Origin: an uncultured bacterium
Lineage (GTDB): Bacteria > Babelota > Babeliae > Babelales > Babelaceae
DNA length: 64,000 bases
Direction of reading: 5' to 3'
Assembly (NCBI GenBank): GCA_963848965.1
Contig: CAWKFG010000001.1
Span: 32,001 to 96,000, forward strand
Position numbers and translations under genes: made by a program. The stretch's first letter is position 1. Each line of letters starts with the position of its first letter. A model generated the notes under the pieces. That model searched no databases and was not told the origin of the DNA. It saw nothing but the letters and a program-made list of their open reading frames with translations. Below are positions 18,127 through 33,173 of the stretch, one piece after another.

Positions 18127-19032
18127 TTAAGAAAGTTCTTCAATAGAGGGAAGCAAGCGATCTTGTTGAACAAATGTTAGTGCTATGTGAGCTCCATATG
18201 TTAAAAGGAGCTGCACTATTTCGCTGTTTCCGCGTCTTATGGCATTAACCAGGGCAGATTTACCTGTGTTATTTAATAGAGTTGTATCTGCCCTATGTTG
18301 TAAAAGAATGCTAATAATCTCTTTGCGACCAACAAGTGTAGCGAGCATTAAAGCAGTAGAACCATGTTCGTTTTGAATGTTTGGAGAAGCTCCGTTAAGC
18401 AGTAAGAAACGTACTATATTCTCCTGATTGCAAAATACTGCATCCATAAGTGCTGTTGATCCTGTATTATCTTGTTTATTAACATATGCTCCTTGAGCAA
18501 TAAGTTGTGCTACAGTTTCAAACTTACCATGCCAGCAAGCGAGCATTAAAGCTGTTTGTTCGTGCTCATTTTGTTCATCTACATAAGCTCCTGCGTCAAT
18601 CAATGCCTTAATACAGTAAGCATTTCCCTGTACTGCTGCAAAATGTAATGCAGTATTGTTATTATAACCTCTTTTATGCACATCAGCTTTATTGCTTAAA
18701 AGAAAGAGAATAACAGTATAATGTCCTTGTGATGCAGCAAGCATGAGCGCAGTTTTTCCCTGCTCATCTGTTGTGTTAATATCAATATGTGGAAGAAGAA
18801 GTTGTGCTCTTTCTATATCGGCTTCTTTAACAGCCTGTAACCATTCTGCTTCAAGCATATAGGGAAGAAAATCTTGAGAGAGGGTAGAAAGAGGTTCCCC
18901 TTTGGTTTTCTTCATAAATTGTATCCGTTCTTCATCATGAAGCCTTTTTTTAGGCTGTGGCTTTTCCATACTATAAAGTACAAAACTAGCGCTTATAAAA
19001 GAGAGCGCTGTTATTATAGAAATAAATTTCAC
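18127..19032 (-). CDS. Secreted ankyrin-repeat protein (~6-7 repeats)
   Basis: Signal peptide; repeated GxTALMxA...LLxxGAxVN. Confidence 0.95.
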   Translation of the reverse strand: MKFISIITALSFISASFVLYSMEKPQPKKRLHDEERIQFMKKTKGEPLSTLSQDFLPYMLEAEWLQAVKEADIERAQLLLPHIDINTTDEQGKTALMLAASQGHYTVILFLLSNKADVHKRGYNNNTALHFAAVQGNAYCIKALIDAGAYVDEQNEHEQTALMLACWHGKFETVAQLIAQGAYVNKQDNTGSTALMDAVFCNQENIVRFLLLNGASPNIQNEHGSTALMLATLVGRKEIISILLQHRADTTLLNNTGKSALVNAIRRGNSEIVQLLLTYGAHIALTFVQQDRLLPSIEELS

Positions 19033-19202
19033 TATATTTCCTTATTATTAAACTACTATATTAATTGAATTGATTGACAAAAATATAATTAATAATACCC
19101 GTTTTTCACTAAGAAAGCAAAATAAAGAGCTTATGGTTGACTTAATAAGCAAGATGGGAGTAGAATCTTAAAAATTTAATAACCATTACAGAAGGGGTCT
19201 CA

Positions 19203-19832
19203 ATGAAAATAAAATTATTAATGACTTGCTTACTACCTGCTTATATGCTTTTTGGTTGTGATAATAAAGAGTTATATGAAGCGGTTAAGAATAGTGACCT
19301 TTATACCTTTAATACTATCTTGAATGCTGAAAAGGTTGTGCTGACACAACAAGAGAAAAGTGAGTTATTAGGATTTGCTCAAGAAATAGTTGCGAGAAGG
19401 AAAAACCAAGCAACTAGTATAACAAATGCTCTTGTTAATAGGCATACTCTTTTTGGAGCTGGCCTCTTATATACAGCTTTTGTTTGCAAAACTATGTTAT
19501 CTTCAAATTGGGTTGAGAATAACCTACGTGAGCGGTTGCAAAGAGTTAGGGGTCACTTAAAACCTCATCAAGAGGGTGACCACTACATCTTTGACATTGA
19601 GGGTGGAGATATGCGAAAAGGTGCTTTTACACCACAAAGATATGTTGATTTTACAGAAGAACAGGCATTACAAGATTTTTCTAATTTTAAAAAAAATTTA
19701 GGATTTGTACCTTGGCTTTTTGCAGGTATTGGTCTTTATCATCTTTATAAGGGTGTTATAGATACTAATGCTAAAAAACAGTATAACAACGCTTGTGCTA
19801 TTAAAATGGTTATTGAAAACTATCCAATATAA
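19203..19832 (+). CDS. Hypothetical membrane/secreted protein, paralog A of a tandem pair
   Basis: Signal peptide with possible lipobox LFG|C; two hydrophobic segments; similar to 19852..20469. Confidence 0.65.
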   Translation: MKIKLLMTCLLPAYMLFGCDNKELYEAVKNSDLYTFNTILNAEKVVLTQQEKSELLGFAQEIVARRKNQATSITNALVNRHTLFGAGLLYTAFVCKTMLSSNWVENNLRERLQRVRGHLKPHQEGDHYIFDIEGGDMRKGAFTPQRYVDFTEEQALQDFSNFKKNLGFVPWLFAGIGLYHLYKGVIDTNAKKQYNNACAIKMVIENYPI

Positions 19833-19851
19833 AAAGAATAGGTAATAAGTT

Positions 19852-20469
19852 ATGAAGATACGATTGTTATACGTTTTTACTTTTACTTTTCCTCTTTACA
19901 GTGCTATCGACCAAACTTTACGTAATGCGGTAAAAAGTACCAACTTATATGCTTTAAACAATTATTTGCTAGCAAACAGGCCTCTTATTACTCAGGTAGA
20001 AAAATACGAGCTTTTAAAGCTTGCTCAAGAGAAGATAGTAAAACATAAGGGTCTAGCAGAAAGTAAGTTTAAACCGTTTTTTAATCGTGATACCTGGTCA
20101 GGAGCTGCGCTTTTAGCAGCAGCTATTGGACTTTTGAGCTTTGTCTATTCAGATAAAGTTGAAACAGACGTACAGCAAACACTAGGTAAAGCAGAAGCAA
20201 GCTGTTTACCTACAAGCTTTTCATTAGAAGTAACAGCGCAACGAGTAAAGGAGCATTTACAGACTGCTCAAACTACACTTACTGAGCGTTTGTCAAATAT
20301 ACGAGAAAGAGCTTTTCTTGCTCAAATGCTTTTATCGGCAGTTGGCTTGTGTAATCTGTATAAAGGCATAAAGAACAAAAGAGCATGGCAACGGTATCAT
20401 CATGCTGTTGCAGTTAAAGCTGCTATTGAGCACTATACTATAGGTGATAGAGAGCTTAAAATCAGCTAG
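19852..20469 (+). CDS. Hypothetical membrane/secreted protein, paralog B of a tandem pair
   Basis: Shares AVK.S/T.LY, TQ.EK.ELL..AQE, LYKG...A...Y..A.A.K..IE.Y with the upstream gene. Confidence 0.65.
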   Translation: MKIRLLYVFTFTFPLYSAIDQTLRNAVKSTNLYALNNYLLANRPLITQVEKYELLKLAQEKIVKHKGLAESKFKPFFNRDTWSGAALLAAAIGLLSFVYSDKVETDVQQTLGKAEASCLPTSFSLEVTAQRVKEHLQTAQTTLTERLSNIRERAFLAQMLLSAVGLCNLYKGIKNKRAWQRYHHAVAVKAAIEHYTIGDRELKIS

Positions 20470-20741
20470 CATTTCATATTGTGATGCTTTTCTTCTAGAG
20501 CTTATAGTAAAAGGTTTTGTTAAGCCTCGCGATGATAGGTAAGGAGGCTTACATTGTCCATACATGTATCTGTTTTGAGTTATGTTGAATTAGTTCATTA
20601 GAGATTTTTTTATCCCATGGTTTAGAGAATTTGCCGTAATCCCTTCTTATTTATATGAAGGATGTAAGGCAAGCGTCTTCAAAACGCAAGTCAGTTGCAA
20701 AGGCTCTCTCTTAAGTTATACTGAAAACAGAGGAGAAAGCT

Positions 20742-21013
20742 ATGCCTCTATTGACTATTGTAGCAAAGATAGAAACAGATGCCCATACTGAGCGTTTGCT
20801 AAAGGGAGTATGGAGCATTGAATATACTCAAGAAGTATGTATCTCTTGGTAATGAGAGTAGTGGGCCTGTGGCTTGTCCTGTAGTCTTGCTGTCCCCGTC
20901 TTTTAACCTTGATATGCATACGATCTACGAATCTCACTAGCATCTTAATGATGCCCCTTAATTTCATTAAGGGGAGAATGTCACAAGAGAAAGTAAAGGA
21001 AGTTGGCTCTTAA
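20742..21013 (+). pseudogene. Eroded small gene of unknown function
   Basis: TTGCAA-N16-TATACT promoter and AGGAG RBS precede an ATG; ORF stops after 36 codons while plausible coding fragments continue in other frames to 21013. Confidence 0.35.
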
Positions 21014-21032
21014 GCCGGTTACCGTAAAAGAG

Positions 21033-21061
21033 TTGAAATTACGACAGAAATGCTCTATACT
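21033..21061 (+). promoter_or_regulatory. Sigma70-type promoter of tRNA-Tyr
   Basis: TTGAAA-N17-TATACT, 10 nt upstream of the tRNA. Confidence 0.7.
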
Positions 21062-21071
21062 AGTACTATAG

Positions 21072-21157
21072 GGCGAGATTCCCGAGTGGCCAAAGGGGAC
21101 GGACTGTAAATCCGTTGGCAATAGTCTTCGTAGGTTCGAATCCTACTCTCGCCACCA
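21072..21157 (+). tRNA. tRNA-Tyr (GTA)
   Basis: Cloverleaf, anticodon loop CTGTAAA, long variable arm, TTCGAATC, encoded CCA. Confidence 0.97.
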
Positions 21158-21205
21158 GAAAAACTAGCAAATAGCAAAAAAGCTGTTATACTAGAAAAAG
21201 TTTAA

Positions 21206-21281
21206 GCGGGAATAGCTCAATTGGTAGAGCGGCAGCCTTCCAAGCTGTAGGTTGCGGGTTCGAGTCCCGTTTCCCGCTCCA
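21206..21281 (+). tRNA. tRNA-Gly (TCC)
   Basis: GCGGGAA...CTTCCAA...GTTCGAGTC...TTCCCGCTCCA. Confidence 0.97.
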
Positions 21282-21288
21282 GGTTCTT

Positions 21289-21364
21289 GCTGGCGTAGCT
21301 CAGTTGGTAGAGCAACTGATTTGTAATCAGTAGGTCGCTGGTTCAAATCCAGTCGCCAGCTCCA
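21289..21364 (+). tRNA. tRNA-Thr (TGT)
   Basis: GCTGGCG...TTTGTAA...GTTCAAATC...CGCCAGCTCCA. Confidence 0.97.
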
Positions 21365-21375
21365 GATTATTCACC

Positions 21376-21404
21376 TTGTAATTTGGTTATTTTTAGGGTA
21401 TAGT
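21376..21404 (+). promoter_or_regulatory. Sigma70-type promoter for tRNA-Thr(GGT)-rpmG cluster
   Basis: TTGTAA-N17-TATAGT. Confidence 0.6.
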
Positions 21405-21418
21405 AATACTATACACGC

Positions 21419-21495
21419 GCCCACGTAGCTCAGTTGGTTAGAGCACTTCCTTGGTAAGGGAGAGGTCACCGGTTCAAATCCGGTTGTGGGCTCCA
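21419..21495 (+). tRNA. tRNA-Thr (GGT)
   Basis: GCCCACG...TTGGTAA...GTTCAAATC...TGTGGGCTCCA. Confidence 0.97.
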
Positions 21496-21514
21496 TAATT
21501 TTAAGTAGGTTATC

Positions 21515-21673
21515 ATGGCAAAAAATCGAGTTACAACTCACTTATCATGTGAGACATGTAGAGAACGCAACTATACACAAGTGCTGGCAAAAAAGCGTAC
21601 TGTTGGTTCGCTTAAATTAAGCAAATTCTGTAGTCGTTGCAGAGCTCATAGAGCGCATAAAGAAACGAAATAA
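21515..21673 (+). CDS. rpmG: 50S ribosomal protein L33 (zinc-binding form), not in the ORF track
   Basis: MAKNRVTTHLSCETCRERNYTQVLAKKRTVGSLKLSKFCSRCRAHRAHKETK; canonical position before tRNA-Trp/secE. Confidence 0.96.
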   Translation: MAKNRVTTHLSCETCRERNYTQVLAKKRTVGSLKLSKFCSRCRAHRAHKETK

Positions 21674-21682
21674 AGCTTATGG

Positions 21683-21758
21683 AGGCCAGTAGCTCTAACG
21701 GCAGAGCGGCAGACTCCAAATCTGCGGGTTGGGGGTTCGAATCCCTCCTGGCCTGCCA
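21683..21758 (+). tRNA. tRNA-Trp (CCA)
   Basis: AGGCCAG...CTCCAAA...GTTCGAATC...CTGGCCTGCCA. Confidence 0.97.
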
Positions 21759-21778
21759 AAGTAACAGGTGACAAAAAA

Positions 21779-21976
21779 ATGAAATCAATCCCACAATTTC
21801 TTAAAGAAGTTAGAATAGAATTATCACGCGTTGAATGGCCTAAAAGAGATGACTTTATAGGTGCTACAATTGTTACTCTTGTATTGGTACTCTTTTTTAC
21901 CATTTTCTTGGGAGCAGTTGATAAAGTAAACAAGTGGGTTATCTATGATAAGATTTTTAGCTCTGTTAGACGGTAA
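21779..21976 (+). CDS. secE: Preprotein translocase subunit SecE
   Basis: FLKEVRIELSRVEWP plus one TM segment; synteny. Confidence 0.95.
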   Translation: MKSIPQFLKEVRIELSRVEWPKRDDFIGATIVTLVLVLFFTIFLGAVDKVNKWVIYDKIFSSVRR

Positions 21977-21995
21977 AGCGTGAGGCTCCAAGTAC

Positions 21996-22517
21996 ATGAA
22001 AAGATGGTATGTAGTCCAGGTATTTGCTGGATACGAGAACATAGTAAAAGCTGATATAGTAAAACGTATTGAAGAAGAAGGTCTTCAAGAGCAGTTTGGA
22101 GAAGTACTTATTCCTTCTGCAAAAATGAAGCAATTTTTTGATACCACTGATGCTCTCAAAAATCAGCAGCTTTTTCCTGGATACTTGCTTGTTGAGATGG
22201 AATCAACGCCTCAAGCAATTCGCTTAGTATCAAAGACTCCTCGTGTTACACGCTTTTTAGGCGGTGCAACACCAACTCCGCTTTCACAAAGAGAGATTGA
22301 TCGTGTGCTCGCTCAAATGCGTGGCGAAGTAATGGTCTCTGGTGAAAAACCAGTGTTTGAGACAGGCAAAGAAATTGAGATAACAGAAGGTCCTTTTGCG
22401 GGCTTTGTAGGTATCATTGAAAATATGGATGAAGAAAACGAGAAACTTACTGTTATGGTAAGTATTTTCGGACGTATGACACCGGTAGAACTGAGTTTTA
22501 ACCAGGTTAAACAATAA
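21996..22517 (+). CDS. nusG: Transcription termination/antitermination factor NusG
   Basis: WYVVQVFAGYE, FPGYLLVEM, KOW motif GPFAGF, IFGRMTPVEL. Confidence 0.98.
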   Translation: MKRWYVVQVFAGYENIVKADIVKRIEEEGLQEQFGEVLIPSAKMKQFFDTTDALKNQQLFPGYLLVEMESTPQAIRLVSKTPRVTRFLGGATPTPLSQREIDRVLAQMRGEVMVSGEKPVFETGKEIEITEGPFAGFVGIIENMDEENEKLTVMVSIFGRMTPVELSFNQVKQ

Positions 22518-22532
22518 CTAAAGGAAAAAACG

Positions 22533-22958
22533 ATGGCAAAAGAAGTAAAAGCGAGACTTCGCTTACTTATACCGGGAGGCGCGGCGACGCCGGCACCACC
22601 AGTGGGTGCTGCTTTGGGACAGCAAGGGGTAAACATCATGGATTTTTGCAAGCAGTTTAACGCAAAAACTGCCGACAAAAAAGGCCAAACTATTCCTGTT
22701 GTGATCACTGTTTATACTGACAAAAAATTTGATTTTGTCATCAAAACGCCGCCGACCACCGAGTTAATTAAAAAGAAGATAAACCTTGAAAAAGGTTCAT
22801 CAAAACCGAAATCTGAAATAGCTGGTACTATTTCGATGAAGGATATTGAAGATATCGCTAAAATAAAGATGGTAGATCTTAATGCTTTAGATCTCGAGCA
22901 AGCAAAGAAAATTGTTGCTGGCAGTGCTCGAAGCATGGGTCTCCAGGTTGTCGAATAA
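22533..22958 (+). CDS. rplK: 50S ribosomal protein L11
   Basis: [27 protein letters not shown]. Confidence 0.99.
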   Translation: MAKEVKARLRLLIPGGAATPAPPVGAALGQQGVNIMDFCKQFNAKTADKKGQTIPVVITVYTDKKFDFVIKTPPTTELIKKKINLEKGSSKPKSEIAGTISMKDIEDIAKIKMVDLNALDLEQAKKIVAGSARSMGLQVVE

Positions 22959-22972
22959 GGGCGTGCACTATG

Positions 22973-23665
22973 ATGGCAAAACATGGTAAAAAATACGAAC
23001 AGGCTAAACAAGGGCTTGTTCCTGGCGAGCGATATTCTTTGCTTGATGGTGTAAAAAAAGTCAAGGATCTAGCATATGCACGCTTTGATGAGTCAGTAGA
23101 TGCTCACGTAAACGTTGGTATTGACCCTTCCAAGGGTGACCAAGTAGTACGTGGTTCTGTTGTACTTCCGCATGGTACTGGTAAAAAAATAAAAATTGCT
23201 GTTTTTGCTAAAGGTGACCATGCAGATGAAGCAAAAAAAGCAGGTGCTGATTATGTAGGCGCAGAAGATCTTATTGAAAAGATCGAAGGCGGCTTACTAG
23301 ACTTTAATTATGCTGTTGCTACACCAGATCTTATGGGTCTTGTAGGTAAAGTAGCAAAGATTCTCGGACCTCGTGGATTAGTTCCTAACAAAAAAACGGG
23401 TACCGTTACCTTTGATGTAGCAGATGTAGTATCAGATCTCAAAAAAGGACGCATATTCTTTAAAAATGATAAAAATGGTATTATCCATTTTTCATTTGGT
23501 CGCGTTTCATTTGATGCTCAAAAACTTGCAGAAAATCTTTCTGCATTCCTTCGTGCTCTTGCTGGGTCAAAACCACCTGCATCAAAAGGTAAGTTTATTC
23601 AAAAGGTGACGATTTCATCAACGATGGGTGTTGGCGTTCCTGTTAACCCAGACGAAGTCGCGTAA
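22973..23665 (+). CDS. rplA: 50S ribosomal protein L1
   Basis: [37 protein letters not shown]; the upstream ATG at 22970 is an alternative start. Confidence 0.98.
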   Translation: MAKHGKKYEQAKQGLVPGERYSLLDGVKKVKDLAYARFDESVDAHVNVGIDPSKGDQVVRGSVVLPHGTGKKIKIAVFAKGDHADEAKKAGADYVGAEDLIEKIEGGLLDFNYAVATPDLMGLVGKVAKILGPRGLVPNKKTGTVTFDVADVVSDLKKGRIFFKNDKNGIIHFSFGRVSFDAQKLAENLSAFLRALAGSKPPASKGKFIQKVTISSTMGVGVPVNPDEVA

Positions 23666-23678
23666 AGAAAGGGCACAT

Positions 23679-24200
23679 ATGAATCGTCAAGAAAAAAAAC
23701 AAGCTGTTGAAACAGTAAAGCACGATTTTGAGACAAGCCAAGCTGCTTTCATCGTTGCAGTACAAGGTATGACCGTAGAAAGTGTACAAAAGTTACGCAA
23801 AGAGCTTAAGCAGCAAGAAGGGTCAATTAAGGTTACAAAAAATACCCTTTTAAAGCTTGCAACACAAGATATGCCAGGTCTTGAAGGACTTGCTCCTTAT
23901 TTTAAGGAGCAAATTGCGCTTGTATTTGCGCATAAAGAGCCGGTATCAGTTGCAAAGCTTATCTTTACTGCAGCTCAAGCCGATGAAAAGTTAAAACTTG
24001 TAGGCGGTGCTCTTAAATCGAAAGTAATCGATAAGAATCAAATTGAATTTTTAGCTACGTTACCTCCACGTGAGGTAGTACTTGCTCAAGCACTTGGTAC
24101 AATGAAAGCACCTATTACTGCTTATGTAAGCGTGCTTAATCAACTTATACTAAGATTCTTGTGGGTGCTGAAAGCACTAGAAAAACAAAAACAACAATAA
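23679..24200 (+). CDS. rplJ: 50S ribosomal protein L10
   Basis: MNRQEKK start, VTKNTLLKLA, LATLPPRE; synteny. Confidence 0.96.
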   Translation: MNRQEKKQAVETVKHDFETSQAAFIVAVQGMTVESVQKLRKELKQQEGSIKVTKNTLLKLATQDMPGLEGLAPYFKEQIALVFAHKEPVSVAKLIFTAAQADEKLKLVGGALKSKVIDKNQIEFLATLPPREVVLAQALGTMKAPITAYVSVLNQLILRFLWVLKALEKQKQQ

Positions 24201-24243
24201 AAACAATGATATATACTTTTATCTCAATTGATGGAGAAAAGCC

Positions 24244-24633
24244 ATGGCAAATTCACATGATCAATTAATTAATCAAATAGGAAGTATGACAGTTCTTGAG
24301 CTTGCAGAGCTTGTAAAAGCGCTTGAAGAGAAGTTTGGCGTTTCTGCAGCAGCTCCTGCAATGGCAGCGGCTCCTGCAGCTGCTGCACCAGAGGCTGGCG
24401 CTAAGAAAGAAGAAGAAAAGTCTGAATACAAGGTTGAACTTTCAGAAGGCGGTACAGATAAGATCAAAGTTATTAAGGCTTTACGTCAAGTAATTCCTAC
24501 TTTTGGTTTAACTGAAGCTAAGAAAGCAGTTGAAGAAGCTCCAACAGTTATAGCAGAAGCTGCTTCTAAAGATGATGCTAAGAAGATGAAAGAAGCTCTC
24601 GAAGCTGCTGGTGCTAAAGTTAAGCTTTCATAA
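24244..24633 (+). CDS. rplL: 50S ribosomal protein L7/L12
   Basis: [35 protein letters not shown]. Confidence 0.99.
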   Translation: MANSHDQLINQIGSMTVLELAELVKALEEKFGVSAAAPAMAAAPAAAAPEAGAKKEEEKSEYKVELSEGGTDKIKVIKALRQVIPTFGLTEAKKAVEEAPTVIAEAASKDDAKKMKEALEAAGAKVKLS

Positions 24634-24699
24634 CGGTATATAAGTAGTGAAGCACTGGCAAAAAGAAATGTTTAATATAGTATTACAAGGAGCAGCTTA

Positions 24700-27600
24700 A
24701 TGTCTAGCCTTCACATGGGCAAAGAACTTATCCGTCGTTCTTTTGGAAAAATAAAAGATATTGTTCCAGTTCCTAATTTAATAGAGATTCAATCTCGGTC
24801 ATTCAATGAGTTTGCACAGCTCGATTATTTACCATCAGAGCGACTGTCTATTGGATTAGAGAAAGTATTTAAGGATGTATTTCCTATCGATTATAATGAT
24901 AGGATGTCATTAGAATATGTAAGCTATGAATTAGGTCATTGGGCATGTACGTGCGGTAAAGTGACAGGAATTGTTAATCGCTATACATGGAGCTGCTCGT
25001 CTTGTAAAAAGTCCGATGTTTCGCGCCTTAATAACAATCTTGAATGTACCTTTTGCCATAAAAATACAGCACGCTATAAAACGTGCTCTAACTGCTTGTC
25101 CAGAGTCACTGTACAGTTACCGTTGACTCTGGATGAATGCCGATCAAGTGGTCAAACATTTGCTATGCCACTTAAGGTAAAAATGCAGCTTATTACCTGG
25201 GATGTAAGTCCTGAAGGTGCTAAGATTTTACGTGATGTGAAAGAACAGGATATCTTTTTTGCAGATATTCCTGTTATGGCCGATCTTCTATGAAGAGAAA
25301 TGGTCAGTTTAAACTCGGTAATTTAGGAACATTCTTAATTAATGGCGTTGATCGTGTTATTGTAAGTCAGCTCCATCGTTCTCCGGGTGTTGTATTTTCT
25401 CAAAGCAAAAAAGTTAAAGATGCTCGGGGTAAGCCATATTATTTAGCACGTATTATTCCAATGCGTGGTTCATGGCTTGATTTTGAATTTGATAGCAATG
25501 ATTACCTGTATGTTCGTATTGATAAAAAGAAAAAGTTGCTTGTAACAACATTTTTACAAGCATTGGGGGTACCTCGAGAACAAATTATACCATTCTTCTA
25601 TCGTTTTGATACTAGTACAAGTACAGAAAGGGTGAATTCTTATCAAACAATTGATGAGAGCCTTTTAGGAATACGTCTTGAAGCTGGTATGCTTCCAGGA
25701 TACAAAGATGAAGAATCACTTGTAGCAAGAAGGCTCACAAAGGAGCTTATTGCTCGCTTATTGAACGCGGGGATTGATAGAGTACTTTTGCGTAAAGCGA
25801 GTCTTATAAATAGGATATTTGGTACCGATGTGATAGATCCTGAGACAGGAGAGGTTCTTATTGAACAAGGGACTACACTGACCGAAGAGCATTATGAGCG
25901 CCTGAAAAAGTTTCCGAGCCTTCAGTTCCATCTTATTTCATCCTCCGGATATGTATTCCAGCCAACGATTCCACTTACCTTGAACCAAGATAAAGCATAT
26001 AGTGAAGACGATGCTCTTAAAGAAGTTCATGCTAAGATATGGCCCGGTGACAGCTCGTCACTCAAAGAGATTAAGGATCGTCTAGAAGGACTTTTCTTTA
26101 ACGCTCGTTTATATGATCTGACAAAAGTTGGTCGTATCCGTATGAACCGTAAATTAGGACTTTCTATAGCAGAAGAGATAACTACGCTTACGCGTGACGA
26201 TATTTTAGCTACTATTAAGTACTTAGTGAATTTGCGTGAGCGGGGTGAAGGTGAGCTTGATGATATTGATCATCTTGGTAATCGTCGTGTTCGTCTTGTA
26301 GGAGAGCTTCTTAATAACCAAATTTATGTAGGACTGTTGCGTATTGAGCGTATTGTGCGTGAGCGCTTTAGAATTCAAGAAACGCATGGTGCTTTAATGC
26401 CACAAGATTTTCTTAATGTAAAGCCACTCAATGCAGTACTGCGAGAATTCTTTGGTACCGGTCAGCTTTCACAATTTATGGATCAGACAAATCCGCTTTC
26501 TGAGATTGCACATAAGCGTCGTCTTTCTGCTCTTGGGCCAGGCGGTGTTATGAAAGATCGTGCAACGTACGAAATTCGTGACGTACATACGTCTCACTAT
26601 GGTCGTATTTGCCCTATTGAAACACCAGAAGGTCAAACCGTAGGTTTGATTTCTTCGCTTTCTACCTATGCATTGGTAAACGATCTCGGTTTCATAGAGA
26701 CAGCATATAGACCAGTTAATCAAGGCAAAATGCTTGATGAGGTAGTGTTTTTAGATGCGTTTGAAGAAGGAGATAAGTATCTTGCACAGGCAAATGCAGT
26801 TGATCCTGAAACGCAAGCTATTAAAGAGAACCAGGTATTTGCTCGTCATGAAGGAAACTTTTTATATGCAGAAAGCAAGAAGATCAACTATATTGACCTC
26901 TCGCCAAAGCAGCTAGTATCTGTTTCTACAGCACTTATCCCGTTCTTAGAGCATGATGACGCAACTCGTGCATTAATGGGTTCAAACATGCAACGACAAG
27001 CTGTTCCGCTTATCCGTATTCAGCCACCGCTTGTTGGTACTGGTATGGAAGGAGAGATTGCGCGTGCATCAGGAGCTACTGTTATTGCAAAACATGATGG
27101 TGTTGTTGAATATGTCTGACTCAGAGAAGATTGTAGTACGTGTTGATGAAAACAACTTCAAAAATACTGAAGATTGGATTTCTCAAGGAGTAGATACCTA
27201 TCCTTTACGTAAATTCCAGCGTTCTAGTTATAGTACCTGGATTCATCAATCACCTATTGTAAAACCAGGTGATACAGTAAAAGCTGGTGATATGTTAAGT
27301 AATGGTAGTGCGGTGTATAATGGTGAGCTTGCTTTAGGTTCAAACTTATTAATAGCCTTTATGCCATGGCATGGCTACAACTTTGAGGATGCTATTGTTC
27401 TTAATAAGCGCCTTGTTGCAGATGATGCATTAACGTCTGTTCATATTGATGAGTATGTCGTAGATGCTCGCGATACAAAACTTGGACCTGAAGAGATTAC
27501 ACGTGATATTCCAAATGTAAGCGAAGCTGCGCTTATAGGTCTTGATGAAGACGGTATTGTTCGTATAGGAACTCGGGTACGACCTGGAGATATTCTTGTA

Positions 27601-29026
27601 GGTAAAGTAACGCTTAAGGGAGATATTCAATATTCTCCTGAAGAAAAGTTGCTTCGTGCTATCTTTGGTGAAAAATCCAGAGAAGTACGAGATACTTCAC
27701 TACGCGTACCGCCAGGAGTTGAAGGTACTGTTATTGACGTTAAAATATTTTCAAGAAGTGGTGTCCGTAAAGACAAGCGCTATAAAGAGGTAGTAGCTCA
27801 AGAGACGCGTAAGTTAGAATCAGATTTTGCAATGCACATTGCTGCACTTGAAAAGATGATTGCTGCTAAAATACGTCAAGAATTGCATGGTCAAGCTCCT
27901 CATGGTAAAAGTGCTAAAACGCACCTTACTAATGACAAATTTGATCAGCGCAAGTTGGAAACTCTTTCAGCTCAAGAGTTAAGTGGCTTGAGAGTCTCTG
28001 ATAAAAGTGTTAATGAGCAAATAGACTTTTTACGAGCATCACTTGAAAATCAAATTCGTATCTTAAACGGACTAAAAGAAGAGCGTATTAACCGCCTTAA
28101 AAAGGGTGATCCATTACCATCTGGTGTTATTAAGATGGTAAAAGTCTATATTGCTATGAAACGTGCTGTTTCTGTTGGTGATAAAGTTGCTGGACGCCAT
28201 GGAAATAAAGGTGTGGTTTCTATTATTGTACCTCGTGAAGATATGCCATTTATGGATGATGGTACTGCAATTGATATTGTCCTTAATCCGCTTGGTGTAC
28301 CTTCTCGTATGAACGTAGGACAAATTTTAGAAACGATTTTAGGATATAGCAGTAGAGAAATTGGTAAAGAGCTTGGCGAAAAGCTCAGGGATAGTGCGTA
28401 TAAAGAAGTGCGAAAGCAACTTGAAAAGTGGTATGGTACTGAACTGATTAATCAGTATGAAGAAAAGTATGGCCAAGAAGGAATAATGGATCTTGCAAGG
28501 TCCACCGCGCGGTACGGCGTATTCTATTCTACACCGGTGTTTGACGGAGCTGATTTTGAAAAAGATATTAAGCCACTACTACGTACTGTTGGAGCACCAG
28601 AGGCAGGCTCATTTAAGATTCGTGATGGCCGTACAGGTGATTATTTTGATCAACCAGTGACCGTAGGGTATATCTATATCATGAAATTAAATCATATGGT
28701 TGATGATAAGCTTCATGCTCGCTCTGTTGGACCATACTCATTAGTTACTCAGCAGCCGCTTGGTGGTAAAGCACAACTTGGTGGACAGCGATTTGGGGAA
28801 ATGGAAGTATGGGCACTCGAGGCACATGGCGCTGCATATACCTTACAAGAGATGTTAACGTATAAATCTGATGATGTTACCGGTAGACATAAAGTGTACG
28901 AAGCATTAGTGCGTAGTGAAGAAGTTCCAGAACCGGGTCTTCCAGAATCATTTAACGTATTAATTAAAGAGCTTCAAAGCTTAGGACTTCGTATAGATCT
29001 ATTTAAGAGTGGCAAGGAGGAAGTCA

Positions 29027-29034
<8 letters not shown>
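24700..29034 (+). CDS. rpoB: DNA-directed RNA polymerase beta subunit (split by probable sequencing indels near 25290 and 27117)
   Basis: Three consecutive ORFs carry [66 protein letters not shown] in order. Confidence 0.97.
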
Positions 29035-33079
<4,045 letters not shown>

Positions 33080-33089
<10 letters not shown>

Positions 33090-33154
33090 CTCAGCGGTAG
33101 AGCACTGCTTTGACGTAGCAGGGGCCAGCGGTTCAAATCCGCTTGCGCCTACCA
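33080..33154 (+). tRNA. tRNA-Val (GAC), overlapping the last 10 nt of rpoC
   Basis: AGGCGCA/TGCGCCT acceptor stem, CTGCT-TTGACGT-AGCAG anticodon arm, GTTCAAATC, CCA. Confidence 0.95.
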
Positions 33155-33173
33155 TTTAATAAGGAGTTTTTGC

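Noticed and set aside
20755..20967. 70-aa minus-strand ORF, and an IS630-like reading of 'LLSPSFNL' on the plus strand
   Set aside because: No recognisable domain, no terminal inverted repeats or DDE residues; expression signals favour the plus strand
21072..21758. tRNA genes as integration sites for a prophage or island
   Set aside because: No duplicated tRNA 3' end and no integrase seen in the window
21612..23064. Short antisense ORFs over tRNA-Trp, secE, nusG, rplK and rplA (and similar ones across the window)
   Set aside because: Antisense shadows of well-supported genes, with no RBS or domain evidence
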